A stretch of 40,320 nt of DNA from a virus (Duplodnaviria > Heunggongvirae > Uroviricota > Caudoviricetes). Under the pieces are notes generated by a model, which was not told the DNA's origin, did no database searches, and was given only the letters and a program-made list of their open reading frames with translations. This document shows positions 9,568-20,987 of the stretch, piece after piece (the stretch's first letter is position 1; the number at the start of each line of letters is the position of its first letter). The DNA lies in IMG/VR virus record IMGVR_UViG_2698536428_000017. One strand, given 5' to 3'. A program made the position numbers and the translations under genes.

Positions 9568-10008
9568 TTAAAACTCCCCGAGAACCTGGTCAATCTTGCC
9601 GCAGTCAAACACCCACGGCATCGTATTACCGGTTTTAGCGTTGGCGTTATCCGGTTGTTTCTGGAACGCAACACTGCGTGCCGTGATGATGTCGCCGCTG
9701 ACCTTGTTGCGGATCACGATAACGTTATTCCCCCATGTGGCAGAAGACTGGCTCTGTGCGTTATACGCCAGCGACAATTTTTTATTTGTCGGTGATGTCT
9801 TCAGAAGGTTAACGGTAATCGTCCCGCTTTTATCTGCATGGAGGCTGTGCATCACTTCGCCATCAGCACCGATGGTCATGGTGTTTTTAGGACCGCCCAT
9901 CGCAACCACAATCCCCTCCTCAGAACTTGCCGAACCGTACCCGAGGTCAATCGAACCGGTCGGCCCGGTCAGCGTCGCAGTGACATCCATAAAAGAATAG
10001 GTAGACAT
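9568..10008 (-). CDS. Tail tube protein
   Basis: 146 aa ORF immediately after sheath-like gene and before chaperone. Confidence 0.6.
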   Translation of the reverse strand: MSTYSFMDVTATLTGPTGSIDLGYGSASSEEGIVVAMGGPKNTMTIGADGEVMHSLHADKSGTITVNLLKTSPTNKKLSLAYNAQSQSSATWGNNVIVIRNKVSGDIITARSVAFQKQPDNANAKTGNTMPWVFDCGKIDQVLGEF

Positions 10009-10018
10009 TCACTTCCCC

Positions 10019-11164
10019 TTAGCGAACAACGTTAATCTGTACGTCAGCGTAATGAACCGCGCCTGCAAGTTTTATTGCAGCCTGAATCACCGGAGCCTTA
10101 CGGGCTTCACGTTCTGATTGTGCCTGTTCATCCAGCGGCTGGGCGTATACGTAATAACCTTTGGGCAGCGTGTCACCTGATGACAACTGCCCAAGGTCGC
10201 CACCGTTCCATACGCCCGGAGCAATCAGTCCATTCTGAACGGCCTGATCCAGTGATTTTTCTACATTTGATAACAGTCGGGTAATACCGGCTTCAGTCTG
10301 GGGAACTTTCGTGGTGCTGGTATAAAGCAGGTTATAGAGGTTGGTCTGCACATAATTCTGTAACCAGTCCAGGCCGTGGCGTTCATCAAAGAAATCGCCG
10401 TTAGCCATCACTCCCTGCTGGAGGATAGCCGTATCATTCTGGTAGTACACGAACACATTGCAGTTTTTTGCATCAAGTGCCGATGCCTGGCTGACTGTCA
10501 GTGTTTCATACCCGACACCCGGCTCCTGCTTAAACTTGAGCGTAATCGCGGTATTACTGCCATTGAAATTAACCGTGAATGCCCGGCCAAATGCAGATAA
10601 CGCAGCGTATTTATTACCCGATGAATACTGAATAAAACTGCGTGAATATCCGGCGGTTTTCAGTTTTGATGCCAAATCATCTCTGGATGCAGTCTGCAGG
10701 CATTTCTCATCGCTTGTCGTAATCGCCAGAATACGGCTTACAGAAGAGGATTCGATCGCCGCAGCCACTTTCAGCCAGTCTGCATCCGGAATATCTGCAT
10801 CGTCTGCAATCCCCAGCCCATACCATGAAGTATAATCAAGCATGGCATTCACAGCCTGCTCCAGCGTCTCAGGCGTGGCCTGTTCGCTGTCTCCCTTCGT
10901 TTTCACCCAACGACCAACAAAAACCTCCTGAGGTTTCGGTGATTGTGAGAAAAACACCTGCGCAGCTTTATATTCTGGTGATTCCACGCCAAAATCTTTT
11001 CCAATATCTTCCGCGGCAGAATAACGACGAATGCGCTCACTTACCGGAATGATTGTGGACGGGCCGAGAATGAGTAATGCACCAAAATTTCGCCCTGATG
11101 CTGCACGCGGCGACATGATCACATCAACATTAACAACGTTTGATACAGGCAAGCCCTGTGCCAT
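10019..11164 (-). CDS. Tail sheath protein
   Basis: 381 aa ORF, first gene of tail block, followed by tube and chaperone; size and position consistent with a contractile sheath. Confidence 0.6.
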   Translation of the reverse strand: MAQGLPVSNVVNVDVIMSPRAASGRNFGALLILGPSTIIPVSERIRRYSAAEDIGKDFGVESPEYKAAQVFFSQSPKPQEVFVGRWVKTKGDSEQATPETLEQAVNAMLDYTSWYGLGIADDADIPDADWLKVAAAIESSSVSRILAITTSDEKCLQTASRDDLASKLKTAGYSRSFIQYSSGNKYAALSAFGRAFTVNFNGSNTAITLKFKQEPGVGYETLTVSQASALDAKNCNVFVYYQNDTAILQQGVMANGDFFDERHGLDWLQNYVQTNLYNLLYTSTTKVPQTEAGITRLLSNVEKSLDQAVQNGLIAPGVWNGGDLGQLSSGDTLPKGYYVYAQPLDEQAQSEREARKAPVIQAAIKLAGAVHYADVQINVVR

Positions 11165-11167
11165 AGC

Positions 11168-11731
11168 TTAATCTCCGAAAAAGATGACTGGTGCTTCCAC
11201 CAGCGATTTAATACCGTACTCGCGCACAACCTTCCGGCGCAGGCGTACCGTCATATCGTAGCGGCGGACCCATTGCTGATTAATAAGTTCAGGGAAGGGA
11301 GTCAGACCTGTGTAATCGCCAAGAGACAGCCCCAGCGCATTCAGTGCTGCATTGTTCTGCGGCACAGATATACCGTCACGAAACCGGGACGCATACACCA
11401 TCCCCGCCGGTCCATAAAACGAAGCCATACACTCAATCGTTTCATGCCGCCAGAGCTGAGAGCCATCATCGGTCTGTCTGGTGAATGCCGGACTGTCATC
11501 ACCTGACCATCCGATAACCCCAAACGCACACCAGTTCGTTTCAACCGGTAGCAGTGGCGGCTGCTCTTTCTGCCAGCGCGGGCGAACCATCCCGGCAGAC
11601 AGACCGGAAACGTTACGCATCCACTGGCTTAACAGCCTGTCGAGCGCTTCGTCATAATCCGGATCGCCACTGGTTGGTATTAACCATCCGCGCTCTGTAC
11701 TGGTGTTATTGCTCAACCGGAGTTCCCCCAT
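11168..11731 (-). CDS. Head-tail or tail completion protein
   Basis: ATG at 11731 (track ORF starts one codon earlier at TTG); position between head-tail genes and sheath. Confidence 0.4.
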   Translation of the reverse strand: MGELRLSNNTSTERGWLIPTSGDPDYDEALDRLLSQWMRNVSGLSAGMVRPRWQKEQPPLLPVETNWCAFGVIGWSGDDSPAFTRQTDDGSQLWRHETIECMASFYGPAGMVYASRFRDGISVPQNNAALNALGLSLGDYTGLTPFPELINQQWVRRYDMTVRLRRKVVREYGIKSLVEAPVIFFGD

Positions 11732-12095
11732 CAAACGGCATCAACTCACAATGCGCCTGAACGAATCCGGCCCCATAAGCTGTATACGGGTCGACGAAGG
11801 TCACACGATAATCACGGCCCTGATACGTCACGATATCGGCATCACGGCCAGTCTGTCCCTGCGTCAGTCGCTCAGTCGTCACAATCAGAATTGCACCGCT
11901 GATTACCTGCCCTGCCTGCATACGGCGGTTTTCCAGAGAGCGATCAACAGTTACGACTCCGGCAAACTGCTTTTTAACTTCACTGTCGCTGCCGATCCCG
12001 TCCTCATCCACCGTTTGCACTCGGCGTGTTACCCACAAATTGAAGTCGCAAAAATCGGGGTCAAAAAGCACATCTGTTACATCAAGAGTCGGCAT
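11706..12095 (-). CDS. Head-tail joining protein
   Basis: 129 aa ORF, overlapping neighbours, in head-tail connector block. Confidence 0.4.
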   Translation of the reverse strand: MPTLDVTDVLFDPDFCDFNLWVTRRVQTVDEDGIGSDSEVKKQFAGVVTVDRSLENRRMQAGQVISGAILIVTTERLTQGQTGRDADIVTYQGRDYRVTFVDPYTAYGAGFVQAHCELMPFDGGTPVEQ

Positions 12096-12636
12096 CTTTA
12101 TCCCTCACTACATGGGTAATAGCTCTGCGATATTGCCCGGTGTCAATTAATGGTTTCGCCAGATCGGTTCCGGGAGATTCGCCAGCAACACGCCGGGCAA
12201 GTTCCAGTGTTGCCCCCTTGCGCCCCCGACGAGCCCGGGCTTCAACAGTGCTGTCAGCAAGCGGCGTAAAGTCGGTAATAGTCATGTAACGCCTGACGCC
12301 ATTAGCGGCCAGCGTTCCGGCACGGTTGAGTGCGCGTTCTGCTCCCGCAGCATTACCATCAAGAGCAGCCTGCGCCGCGGTTTTGAGCTGCGGCACCGTC
12401 TGCTCTTCTGCCGATTTAACGCCGGGGACCAGGTGAGGTCGTGGCGGGATGTTCTGCTCTGGTGAGCCGTATTCGTTGAGGTAACCGATGCCCGCATTAC
12501 CAAACGGAACATCATCCCGCTCGCTGTCTTCCGAAGGGATGCCGACCAACACATCTTTTTTGGTTAACGACCTGAGCGCATCCAGAATGGCCTTAGCGTT
12601 ATCCACCCTCGTTGTTACACCGCTTTTGAAACTCAT
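12082..12636 (-). CDS. Head-tail connector or completion protein
   Basis: 184 aa ORF, ATG at 12636..12634, in head-tail block. Confidence 0.4.
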   Translation of the reverse strand: MSFKSGVTTRVDNAKAILDALRSLTKKDVLVGIPSEDSERDDVPFGNAGIGYLNEYGSPEQNIPPRPHLVPGVKSAEEQTVPQLKTAAQAALDGNAAGAERALNRAGTLAANGVRRYMTITDFTPLADSTVEARARRGRKGATLELARRVAGESPGTDLAKPLIDTGQYRRAITHVVRDKDADS

Positions 12637-13040
12637 AGCTGGCGACCGCCTGCACCGAACATCGTGATCAACTGATAAAATTCAGCGCCATATCGGGTGT
12701 TATTCCAGAAACCTGCATCAGGATTCAGCGTCGCGCTGGTGTCATAGCTGACGCTTACCTTGTCAACGGACTTTGAGGACTGAACACCATTGGTTGAACC
12801 GCCCGGACCACCAGCCAGCATCGCTCTGCTGTCTGCCGCCCAGAGCGTCATGTAGTGCGCAACGAACAATCCGGCAAAGTACGGAAACAACTTTTTGCCG
12901 GTGACGTTTTCACTCAGCAGTTCATCGGCCAGATTCAGACGAAACTGGATTTGCGCTTCGGGATATTTGGCAGGGTCAGCAAACTGCGGGAAGTCGCGGC
13001 GAAAATCACTTACCGCTGGCAGACTTTGATTCTTTGACAT
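12633..13040 (-). CDS. Head-tail adaptor-like protein
   Basis: Start placed at ATG 13040..13038 ([10 protein letters not shown]...); upstream part of track ORF is out-of-frame overlap with the neighbouring gene and begins at TTG. Confidence 0.4.
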   Translation of the reverse strand: MSKNQSLPAVSDFRRDFPQFADPAKYPEAQIQFRLNLADELLSENVTGKKLFPYFAGLFVAHYMTLWAADSRAMLAGGPGGSTNGVQSSKSVDKVSVSYDTSATLNPDAGFWNNTRYGAEFYQLITMFGAGGRQL

Positions 13041-13374
13041 CTTTAGCCCCATTACCGCCAGTCCGGGCGGCAGTAATCTGCGCCTGCAGGCTGTCGTTCT
13101 GCTCCTGCAGTTTGAGCAATGCATCTTTAAGATCGGCAATCAGCTTATCTTTGTCGGCAATCTGCGCTTGCAGGCCGTCGATAATGGGTTGCAGATCATC
13201 GGTGTCGCTAATCACGCTTTCGGAAAGCTCAGAGTGCGCCTGGGTGAACCAGTGCGACGCGACCTCTTCCGGTACGTTATGCCGTCCCCGGCCAAACTCC
13301 TGTTTTGACTGATCGCCGAGCGTCAGCGTAAACGGGGTGTGAACATGGATGGTAACCAGCTTTTCTTTCGCCAT
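13006..13374 (-). CDS. Coiled-coil head protein (decoration or scaffold-like)
   Basis: Start placed at ATG 13374..13372 ([12 protein letters not shown]...) with AGGAAA RBS; track ORF start at 13605 would overlap the capsid gene; C-terminal heptad-rich segment. Confidence 0.45.
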   Translation of the reverse strand: MAKEKLVTIHVHTPFTLTLGDQSKQEFGRGRHNVPEEVASHWFTQAHSELSESVISDTDDLQPIIDGLQAQIADKDKLIADLKDALLKLQEQNDSLQAQITAARTGGNGAKDVKESKSASGK

Positions 13375-13414
13375 TTCAGTTTCCTTCAGGCCCCTTTCGG
13401 GGCCATTCTGGTTA

Positions 13415-14356
13415 TCAGATACCGTCCACATAGGACAGAGTTTCTTTATACACTGGCTCGACTGCACCCAGCTTGCCGTAGTAAGTGACGATCTGATACA
13501 GGCCGCGATACTGCACCGGCACGCTCTGAAGCGGAACCAGCGGGTAGCGGACGTATTTTTTATCGTTGGTGTACGCAACCATGCGATCCTTATTCCCCAC
13601 ACCACGGCCTTTCAGCCATTTAACCGCGCGGATATTCAGCGGAACACCGTTCTGGTGATAGCTGATGGTGTTGGTCTGAAGGTACGTCAACAGGGACTGG
13701 TTACCCGCAGATGAAACGATGATGCTGGACAACAGAGCAAACTGTTCAGGCGGGATCAGCAAATCACGCGGGACCACAGAGTAACCAGAAGCGGCCCACG
13801 CATCAGACAGCACCTGGTTAATGCTTGCGCGGATTTCGTCCGGTGTTGAGGTTGCCCACGTTTTGGCAGCGTTGTTGACAGGCACGCCGTCCAGGGTAAC
13901 AAGGCCTTTCAGGTTTAATGCGGAATCGCCAACATATACCTGTTCATCGTTATCCATCTGCCATTTCAGTTGCATCCCGTCATACTTCTGCGTATCAATC
14001 GGGCGGCCGACCTGCTGAGCAGCCTGCAATTCTATGACCGTCCAGCCAAGTTCCATCCCCCACAGGTTCAGCGGGTTACCGGATTTGCCGGTATCCACGT
14101 TCACGCCAGCAATAGCGGTTGAGTCTTTGCCTACCCAGTTTTTGCCATTCGGATTTGCACCAGTACCCGCAGCGGCGAAGCTGGTATTCGTCCAGCTGGA
14201 AATGTCATCTGCGATGGAGACATCTTCACGCAGTTGGATATCGCGGGTCCAGGTGTACCCCACCAGTGGCAGGTTCAGCGTCTGGTCGAGTCGCTCCAGC
14301 TCCCCGATGAGAAAGGCACCAGAGCTGTCAACGGTTGCCTGATCAAAAGTAATCAT
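13415..14356 (-). CDS. Major capsid protein
   Basis: 313 aa ORF after scaffold-like and small head protein genes; size and position typical. Confidence 0.55.
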   Translation of the reverse strand: MITFDQATVDSSGAFLIGELERLDQTLNLPLVGYTWTRDIQLREDVSIADDISSWTNTSFAAAGTGANPNGKNWVGKDSTAIAGVNVDTGKSGNPLNLWGMELGWTVIELQAAQQVGRPIDTQKYDGMQLKWQMDNDEQVYVGDSALNLKGLVTLDGVPVNNAAKTWATSTPDEIRASINQVLSDAWAASGYSVVPRDLLIPPEQFALLSSIIVSSAGNQSLLTYLQTNTISYHQNGVPLNIRAVKWLKGRGVGNKDRMVAYTNDKKYVRYPLVPLQSVPVQYRGLYQIVTYYGKLGAVEPVYKETLSYVDGI

Positions 14357-14367
14357 TCGTCTGTTCC

Positions 14368-14874
14368 TTAAATCTTCCAGGAAATTTCTGCATTGCCGTC
14401 AGCATCACCGGCACCTGTGAATTCAGCGTTGGTCAGCACCACGTTTTTGCCACTGACTGACGTGGCCATGAATCCACCCAGCGGCACTTTGATGGATTCA
14501 TCAGTGGAGACGACAACGTATACCGGGTCGCCTTTTTTGATGGTGCTGGCATCAAAATCAGAACCGAGATTAACGGTCACGTAGCCACGCTTCATGGCGT
14601 CGCCCGGGAAGTTCTTGCCACTCCCCACCTGGCGAACCATGTCCGGCTGCGAAGTGGTCGGATAAGGGCGCACGTAGATCCCCTTCACCTTGTCTGCGGT
14701 ATCACCATCTGCCAGCGGCACGAAAAAACCGTCATCATCGTATTTACCAGCCAGCCCATAGGCAGCGAAGGCGTTATCGGATTTAAGGACCACCGGTTCG
14801 ACGGTTAAGTCCTGCGGGCGAGAGACAGCCCCGGCAATGCCAACAGGCATCCGGTACAGAAATACATTATTCAT
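14368..14874 (-). CDS. Head structural or decoration protein
   Basis: 168 aa ORF between scaffold-like and capsid genes. Confidence 0.4.
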   Translation of the reverse strand: MNNVFLYRMPVGIAGAVSRPQDLTVEPVVLKSDNAFAAYGLAGKYDDDGFFVPLADGDTADKVKGIYVRPYPTTSQPDMVRQVGSGKNFPGDAMKRGYVTVNLGSDFDASTIKKGDPVYVVVSTDESIKVPLGGFMATSVSGKNVVLTNAEFTGAGDADGNAEISWKI

Positions 14875-14877
14875 TTT

Positions 14878-16098
14878 TTACCCTTTACGGTTTGCCCAGA
14901 ATTCAGCGTTTTGTTTGTTCAGGGAAGCGATACTGGTCATGCCCATGTTTGGGCGCTGTGCATCGCCGGTGGTGGCGCGGGTGTTTCGCCCTTTGGCAAT
15001 CTCAGACACGGCATTAAACGCCATGTCGACCGATTGTTTCGGCAATTTGCGGATATCCGCATCACCGACTATCTGGCGAACCAACGTTTTGTCAGCAGAA
15101 GACAGAACCTCGCGTTTGAACGCGGTCGGTTTCATCTTACGGCTCAGATCGATACCCGGAACGATAACTTCAGCACGCCAGGCTGAGTCACCAGTAATCG
15201 TGGTTTCCTCTTCATCGTCCTCGCCGTCACCGGTCGGATTATCGTCAGGCTTATTGTCGTTATCGCCCGTGGCATTTCCGTCCAGCTTAGCCAGCAAGGC
15301 TTTCAGTAATGTTTTGAGGTCATCATCACTGTCGCCGGTTGGACCTCCACCCATCTCTGGTGCTTTGTCCGGTAGTGGTTGCTGCGGGGACAGGTTGATG
15401 TTGAGATTAACGCCCTGCGGCAAATCCCCCTCATCTCCTGTAACCGATGCGGGAGCCGACTCCACCAGTTCGTTCATGGTGTCGGCATCTCCTGTCTTGA
15501 TGGCTGCACGCATGCGGTTCCACCAGCTTTTCTTTTGATTTGCCATTGTGTCTCTGTCTCCAATTGCACAACGATTTCCGGCTCTGCCTTTAGGGACAAG
15601 AGCCACATGGTTTCCAGTAATATCGACCTGCTCGGCTTTACCTGGCTCGGTCTGCTCATACTCCGCGTCATAGCCGCACGACACTTCGCGCAGGCCATCT
15701 TCGATAAGCTGAATGGCGCTTTCGTCTTTGACGATAAGGTCAGCCAGCATCAAATCAGACTGCTCACCCGTCCCGCGCCGGACATTCTGGAGGTGCCCGA
15801 CAGCAAGCTCTTTCCAGTTCTCGGGATTTACCAGCCGCACATTCCCGTTTTCATCTTCAGGATGCAGGATCGTGATGCTCATCCCTTCGAATGAGGCAAG
15901 CGTGGCCGGATGGAATACCTGCTCAGGAGAACGTGTGACGACTATTTCACCGAACTTATCGGGTTTCAGTTTTGGCAGGTCATCAGCACCATAGAGCTGC
16001 TTACCTGTTCGTCCTATCGGCACGTCTTTGCACAGCAACGAGCCGTCAGCCAGCTGATAGCGGGTTTCCCCCAGCCGGGTATTGAAAAAATATTTCAT
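14878..16098 (-). CDS. Scaffold or prohead protease-like protein
   Basis: 406 aa; acidic low-complexity linker (TGDSDDDL...GDGEDDEEETT) typical of scaffolds; follows MuF-like gene. Confidence 0.5.
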   Translation of the reverse strand: MKYFFNTRLGETRYQLADGSLLCKDVPIGRTGKQLYGADDLPKLKPDKFGEIVVTRSPEQVFHPATLASFEGMSITILHPEDENGNVRLVNPENWKELAVGHLQNVRRGTGEQSDLMLADLIVKDESAIQLIEDGLREVSCGYDAEYEQTEPGKAEQVDITGNHVALVPKGRAGNRCAIGDRDTMANQKKSWWNRMRAAIKTGDADTMNELVESAPASVTGDEGDLPQGVNLNINLSPQQPLPDKAPEMGGGPTGDSDDDLKTLLKALLAKLDGNATGDNDNKPDDNPTGDGEDDEEETTITGDSAWRAEVIVPGIDLSRKMKPTAFKREVLSSADKTLVRQIVGDADIRKLPKQSVDMAFNAVSEIAKGRNTRATTGDAQRPNMGMTSIASLNKQNAEFWANRKG

Positions 16099-16112
16099 GT
16101 GTTACCTGCGAT

Positions 16113-16886
16113 TCAGGCGGGATAAGAATGGGAGGAGGGAAAAACGATTTCTTTATAACAGCGACAATTCGGGAGCTCGCCAGCGTGACCGGTCATGCCA
16201 TCAAGCGTTGGAGGTTTGCCCCATTCGACAAATTTACCTTCCATTTCCCGATGAGAATGCCTGACATCACCATCTTCGGCTGTACGCCAGATATAACCAT
16301 TCGAACCAATTGACAGCGCACGTGCCTGATCCAGCGCGCCGGTTGCACGTCCAAGTTCAGTACGGGCAATCAGGTCAGCTCTGGACTTTGCTATATCACC
16401 CGATGCGGCTATTTCTTTAGCAAAATGTTCTGCTCTCCCACCGGTCACAACAGCTTCTATCGCCCGATTCTGGATGTCGTACACCCTGTCAGCCGCCTCG
16501 AGGGGGAGCGATTTGATGTACTTGACCTGTTCGGCGATGATGGATTGCATCACCTGGCCCACAGGAGCGCTTTCCACAAGATTGCGGAGCTCGCGACTGA
16601 TGTTCTTGCTGTGTTGCCGCCAAACTTTCTCGTTCTGCCGGGTTAGGTCCGCAGTAAAGTTTTCCGCGACCTTTGTCGCCCAGGGGGTGATGATTTCACT
16701 GTAGCGTTCCAGCGCCTCAATAATTTCCGTGATACTGTCATTTGAACCATCGTAGCGACCATTTACGATGTCTCCGACCGCCCGCGCTATCCTGCGTAGG
16801 CTGGTTCGATAGCGGATTTCCGCCTGACGGTTCCTGCGGTTCGTCATCAGGTTCGCCGATGCCGGGCGGCGCTTCATCTTCGGCAT
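16113..16886 (-). CDS. Head morphogenesis protein (MuF / SPP1 gp7 family)
   Basis: 257 aa; C-terminal GELPNCRCYKEIVFP resembles the conserved MuF-family motif; ATG at 16886 with GAGGA RBS; overlaps portal 3' end by about 149 nt. Confidence 0.6.
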   Translation of the reverse strand: MPKMKRRPASANLMTNRRNRQAEIRYRTSLRRIARAVGDIVNGRYDGSNDSITEIIEALERYSEIITPWATKVAENFTADLTRQNEKVWRQHSKNISRELRNLVESAPVGQVMQSIIAEQVKYIKSLPLEAADRVYDIQNRAIEAVVTGGRAEHFAKEIAASGDIAKSRADLIARTELGRATGALDQARALSIGSNGYIWRTAEDGDVRHSHREMEGKFVEWGKPPTLDGMTGHAGELPNCRCYKEIVFPSSHSYPA

Positions 16887-18204
16887 TCTCGATGTCCTCG
16901 TCGGTAATGGATGCCCCGATGCCGGTTACGTCAGAATTTTCGCGCAAATCAGTCATAGCGGCTTTCAGTGTCATCAGACCATCACCCAGCGCTGTACTGA
17001 TTGCGTTGGTGGTATTTAACGCCACCGTTGAACGATCGACATCAGACATTTGCCAGAGCGGGTTAAACTCAAACGTGAAATCATCCGGGAGCGGCTTGCC
17101 AAGTTCCGAACGATGCATGATGTCCAGTATCCGCCGCACCGGAAGACGTAAACGTCTCTCCTGCAACGAACTGATGCGGTCGTAATAGTTGGCAAGGTCT
17201 GCATCACCGGTAGAAAATCCTTTCGGGGACTGTCCAAACAGCCGCACCAGTGGGATACCAACAGCGCCACTAATCTGTTCTGCAAACTGTGAAAGGATGT
17301 CATCCAGACCACTGAAGCTGTACTGATGAGTTTCAAACTTATCCCGCGAGTCCATGAGCGTCATGCCTTCATTGCTCTGGAACTGTCGAATCAGGTCAAT
17401 ATTCTTCAGCAACGCTTCATACGCAGGACCACCAAGTGCGATAAGCTCGCGTAGCTTCTCCACGCTGTAGGTGCGCAAATGCGCTTTGTAGACCAGCTGC
17501 GCCGCGCCGACAGTAGCGCTGTCGAACGCGGTAAGACGATCCCAGATACGCTCTACAACCGACATTCCCCATTCGTTCTCGGTCATCTTCTGCTGAAATG
17601 GCAGCGTGACGCCATCAAAGCGAATCAGTCGACTGTGATGAATGCGCCAGGCAGGAATTCCCGTTGCTGTGGTCACCACATCGTAAAACTCAGGTTTACC
17701 CAGGTCCGGCCCCATATCTTTAATGCGGCGGGTCAGTACCGGGTCAATCATCCAGCGGTCGAGCGGGAGAATCCCCTTAAACTTGCCCTTACCGATGGTT
17801 TCGGGTCGCAGCGGGGTCATTGGTGCCTGCCCCTCAATCATGATGAAACCCACCGCGCCGCCGTAGAGGCGCGACCATTTCAGCACGTCATTCAGCGCAT
17901 CCCAGATTTGCAACTCATCCAGTTGTGATTCGAGAATGCCACGATCTTTTGCATCAATTTCCGACGTGATGCGAATGCCTTTGCGGGTCATATCATCCGG
18001 GATAGCATCGACCGCTTCGCCGATGATCCAGGACGAACGATAGGACCATTCCACCAGCATGCGGTTACGACTGGTGAAATTAGCCCGGTAGGTGGATGCT
18101 GAGTGCTGGTTAGGTGTCTGCATCCCTACGCGGGCAATAAAATTCTCATAACCATCAGCTGTGGCCTGCGCAGTTCGCCGCAGGGCTTGTTTGTTTCGTG
18201 CCAT
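16738..18204 (-). CDS. Portal protein
   Basis: 488 aa ORF between terminase large subunit and MuF-like gene; acidic disordered C-terminal tail. Confidence 0.65.
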   Translation of the reverse strand: MARNKQALRRTAQATADGYENFIARVGMQTPNQHSASTYRANFTSRNRMLVEWSYRSSWIIGEAVDAIPDDMTRKGIRITSEIDAKDRGILESQLDELQIWDALNDVLKWSRLYGGAVGFIMIEGQAPMTPLRPETIGKGKFKGILPLDRWMIDPVLTRRIKDMGPDLGKPEFYDVVTTATGIPAWRIHHSRLIRFDGVTLPFQQKMTENEWGMSVVERIWDRLTAFDSATVGAAQLVYKAHLRTYSVEKLRELIALGGPAYEALLKNIDLIRQFQSNEGMTLMDSRDKFETHQYSFSGLDDILSQFAEQISGAVGIPLVRLFGQSPKGFSTGDADLANYYDRISSLQERRLRLPVRRILDIMHRSELGKPLPDDFTFEFNPLWQMSDVDRSTVALNTTNAISTALGDGLMTLKAAMTDLRENSDVTGIGASITDEDIENAEDEAPPGIGEPDDEPQEPSGGNPLSNQPTQDSAGGRRHRKWSLRWFK

Positions 18205-19826
18205 CAGGCCTGTCTCCCTAGCAGCTCCCAGATGTTCAGGGCTGAATTCATTGGGGCATAGTTGATCATCACCGAGTCGGCAAGGTTTGGCGACCGGGTT
18301 CCATCAGGCTGTTTATCAATAACGATTTTTCCCACACCATTAATGGAATAGGTCGGCTGCGAAAGCTCGATGATGAGTTTATCTTTGAGTGCCATGCTAC
18401 TGCTGATTGAGATGATTTCGTCCGGGTTGTAAGCCATACCTTCAACCACGGCGCGCCAGGTATTCTGAAAAAGTTTACGTAACCGCCACCAGCTCTGGGC
18501 TTTGGCGTTAGCGAAGAAGTCCTTGTTAAGACGTGCGGCTTGCCCGTTGTCCCCGCGAACAGCTTCATCATCCGGATCAAATACCGCGCCACTACCTCGA
18601 AACGGTGTGGCGAGTATTGACGGTCGGCGCGCAGCGTTACGCAGTTCGTTGATAGCGCGTGCATCGCCGCGAACGCCAGCGCCCAGCCCGTCCTCGTCAA
18701 AGCGAAACTCTTCGAGGTTGTCCTGTTCGCAAAAACCGAAGACCTTCTCGACGGACTGATAAATGTCGCTGCCCACACCAGACCATTCCCGCACATTTTC
18801 CAGGAGGAAGCCATGACGGGTGGAAAAGGCATTTTTGTCCCTGCCTTCATCAGCGACATCCATCGCGCCAAGTCGTTTGCCTGTTGGCTGGATACCCAGT
18901 TTGATATGTGCATCAACGGCAGCCTGTACCCATTCGGATGGAATCAGGACGCCTTCCGCTGATGCGCTGTAGTTCAGATCAAGTTCCTGTGCCACCACCA
19001 CCGGATTATCGATTTTCTCGCATTCCCTGCGATACCACTCTTCATCCTTGCGAGGATCATCCCGCCAGTGGAATGTGAATACCGGTATCTTCCCGCCATG
19101 ACGCTTCTGAGCGAACGGGTTAGCCATGCCGTTAACTGAACTCAGGTCGATACGGCAACGCGTCGTTTGTGACAACGCCGCATCAATCAGCAGAGGACGC
19201 TGAAGGAATGCAGCCTCATCAACCAGATAAAGCGTGGTACGGTCACCACGACCAATATTATCGCCAGCCTCGCCTTTGATAACGGCACCAGTTTCAGGAA
19301 ACTCAACACGCATATATGGCGCGTGCTTCTTCTCGCTCCACGAACCGCGAAACTCTACAGGTAGCGTTTCCACGAACTTGCGTGCCTTCCAGAACAATGC
19401 TTTCGGGTCACCAGTGCTGTCGACGTATTCCTCTTTACGGGAGCCGAAACCGATAACCATTTCTTTGTTGAAGAGACAAAGCGAGCAGGCCAGTCCGATC
19501 GCGGTCCAACTGAGCCCCATTTCACGGGATTTTTCGGTAATACCATTCTCCCGATTGCTCCAGCGTTCCATAATCCAGTGGATCCACTCCTCCTGCTTAG
19601 GGAAGAGTAAAAACGGAATGGTCACCGGCAGGCCATAATCAATATTACGCGGGTCCGTTGTCATGCCCCAGTCGATGATGAACTGAGCCGGATTGGTTCG
19701 GTAAAACTGTTTTAGTGCTGGCAATATTTCAGGGTTCTGGCGAATGCGCTGTAAGCGTTCCATCCGCCATTCAAAAACCATCTGGTAATCAGGATGTTTA
19801 AAATCGAAGTGAAATGGTAACGGCAT
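18204..19826 (-). CDS. Terminase large subunit
   Basis: 540 aa ORF directly after small subunit and coupled to portal gene; size and position. Confidence 0.7.
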   Translation of the reverse strand: MPLPFHFDFKHPDYQMVFEWRMERLQRIRQNPEILPALKQFYRTNPAQFIIDWGMTTDPRNIDYGLPVTIPFLLFPKQEEWIHWIMERWSNRENGITEKSREMGLSWTAIGLACSLCLFNKEMVIGFGSRKEEYVDSTGDPKALFWKARKFVETLPVEFRGSWSEKKHAPYMRVEFPETGAVIKGEAGDNIGRGDRTTLYLVDEAAFLQRPLLIDAALSQTTRCRIDLSSVNGMANPFAQKRHGGKIPVFTFHWRDDPRKDEEWYRRECEKIDNPVVVAQELDLNYSASAEGVLIPSEWVQAAVDAHIKLGIQPTGKRLGAMDVADEGRDKNAFSTRHGFLLENVREWSGVGSDIYQSVEKVFGFCEQDNLEEFRFDEDGLGAGVRGDARAINELRNAARRPSILATPFRGSGAVFDPDDEAVRGDNGQAARLNKDFFANAKAQSWWRLRKLFQNTWRAVVEGMAYNPDEIISISSSMALKDKLIIELSQPTYSINGVGKIVIDKQPDGTRSPNLADSVMINYAPMNSALNIWELLGRQA

Positions 19827-19828
19827 AC

Positions 19829-20401
19829 TTAGCCCATCATTTTTTTATACGCTTCTGCAGCCTGCTCCGGCGTTAAGTTGGTAATTTCTGTTCTGACTGG
19901 TCCTCCGTCAGCACCAGTCACTTCATTTTTGACGTTGTCTTTAAACGCCTGAACAGAAACATGACGCCCAAGCAACTCCAGGTTTTTAACCTTATCAGGC
20001 CACTTAATCTTTTTAAGGATCCCGACCATTTCTCTGTCATCTCCTCGCCCCTCAAACATTTCAGCGAGGTTAAATCCACTCAGGTACCGACGCCACGATT
20101 CCGGCCACGCAGACAGAGGCTTAATACTTAAATCGTCCTCCAGGATGTCAGCCACATCGAGCCTGTCGATCTCAACCAGTCGCATCAGCACATAATTCGC
20201 ATCAATGCCCAGTTGATCAATACGCTCCTGCTTTAGCTCGTTAATACGGGCGCGTATCTCAGGTTTACCGTATAGTTCAGCCCCCGTAACATGTGCTCGC
20301 CTGGAGACGTAGCCTGCGCGAATAGCTGCTTGTGTAGCATTCAGATCGACAAGAAACTCGCGACAAAACACCTCGTGTTTTGCTTTCAGCTTCTTAGTCA
20401 T
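19829..20401 (-). CDS. Terminase small subunit
   Basis: 190 aa; N-terminal HTH-like segment ([23 protein letters not shown]) typical of small terminase subunits; precedes large subunit. Confidence 0.6.
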   Translation of the reverse strand: MTKKLKAKHEVFCREFLVDLNATQAAIRAGYVSRRAHVTGAELYGKPEIRARINELKQERIDQLGIDANYVLMRLVEIDRLDVADILEDDLSIKPLSAWPESWRRYLSGFNLAEMFEGRGDDREMVGILKKIKWPDKVKNLELLGRHVSVQAFKDNVKNEVTGADGGPVRTEITNLTPEQAAEAYKKMMG

Positions 20402-20462
20402 TTTATTTTCCAGTTATCAGGTCATTATCGAAGCCCCTCCTGGAAGAGCTTCTGTAATGCTA

Positions 20463-20987
20463 TTACCGGGACTGTTCTATTTGTCGGACACCAGCCAACT
20501 GGTTATTCGCCTTCTCGATGGCCGCCAACAGTGGGTTAATCCACAGAACAGCCTGGCAATATGTCAACGTTCTGGTGGTAGTGGCACGATCACCGGCTGA
20601 GTCAATGTCCCCGGAATCGGCGTGCAATGCGCTGGCGCGTAAACGGTTCGCGTAGTTGAGCAACCCGACAGCAATATCAACAGGAACAGGGAAATCACAG
20701 TTCTTTTCACGGAGCAGAACCTCACGGTATTTGATGACTGTCTTCTCGTGACCGATGTCGACCAGAGAATTTAATCGGCTTGCGTTTTCTGCTATCTGGT
20801 TAAAACGATTGAAGTTTAATGCCTGATTAGCTATCACTTTCCCTTGATATTCAGCTTCACCTTCCGCTTTATCAGCCCGCAACTTTTCTGCCTGATACTT
20901 GCTGTGGTAATGGTTTGCAGACCAGACGAGCGCCCCAAAGGCAGAGAAGAAAAATGCCGCGATGACAATCTTATAAGTCAGCTTCAT
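20463..20987 (-). CDS. Rz-like i-spanin
   Basis: 174 aa; N-terminal TM helix ending WSANHY, matching lambda Rz (WAVNHY); coiled-coil periplasmic part; follows endolysin. Confidence 0.6.
   Translation of the reverse strand: MKLTYKIVIAAFFFSAFGALVWSANHYHSKYQAEKLRADKAEGEAEYQGKVIANQALNFNRFNQIAENASRLNSLVDIGHEKTVIKYREVLLREKNCDFPVPVDIAVGLLNYANRLRASALHADSGDIDSAGDRATTTRTLTYCQAVLWINPLLAAIEKANNQLAGVRQIEQSR

Noticed and set aside
13375-13605. Extended N-terminus of the 199-aa ORF overlapping the capsid gene
   Set aside because: Would overlap the capsid gene 3' end by about 190 nt; an internal ATG at 13374 with a good RBS gives a compact gene.
20463-20987. Embedded Rz1 o-spanin within the Rz-like gene
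   Set aside because: Manual reading of the alternative frames over roughly 20463..20880 found no ATG-initiated ORF with a lipobox; unconfirmed rather than disproven.
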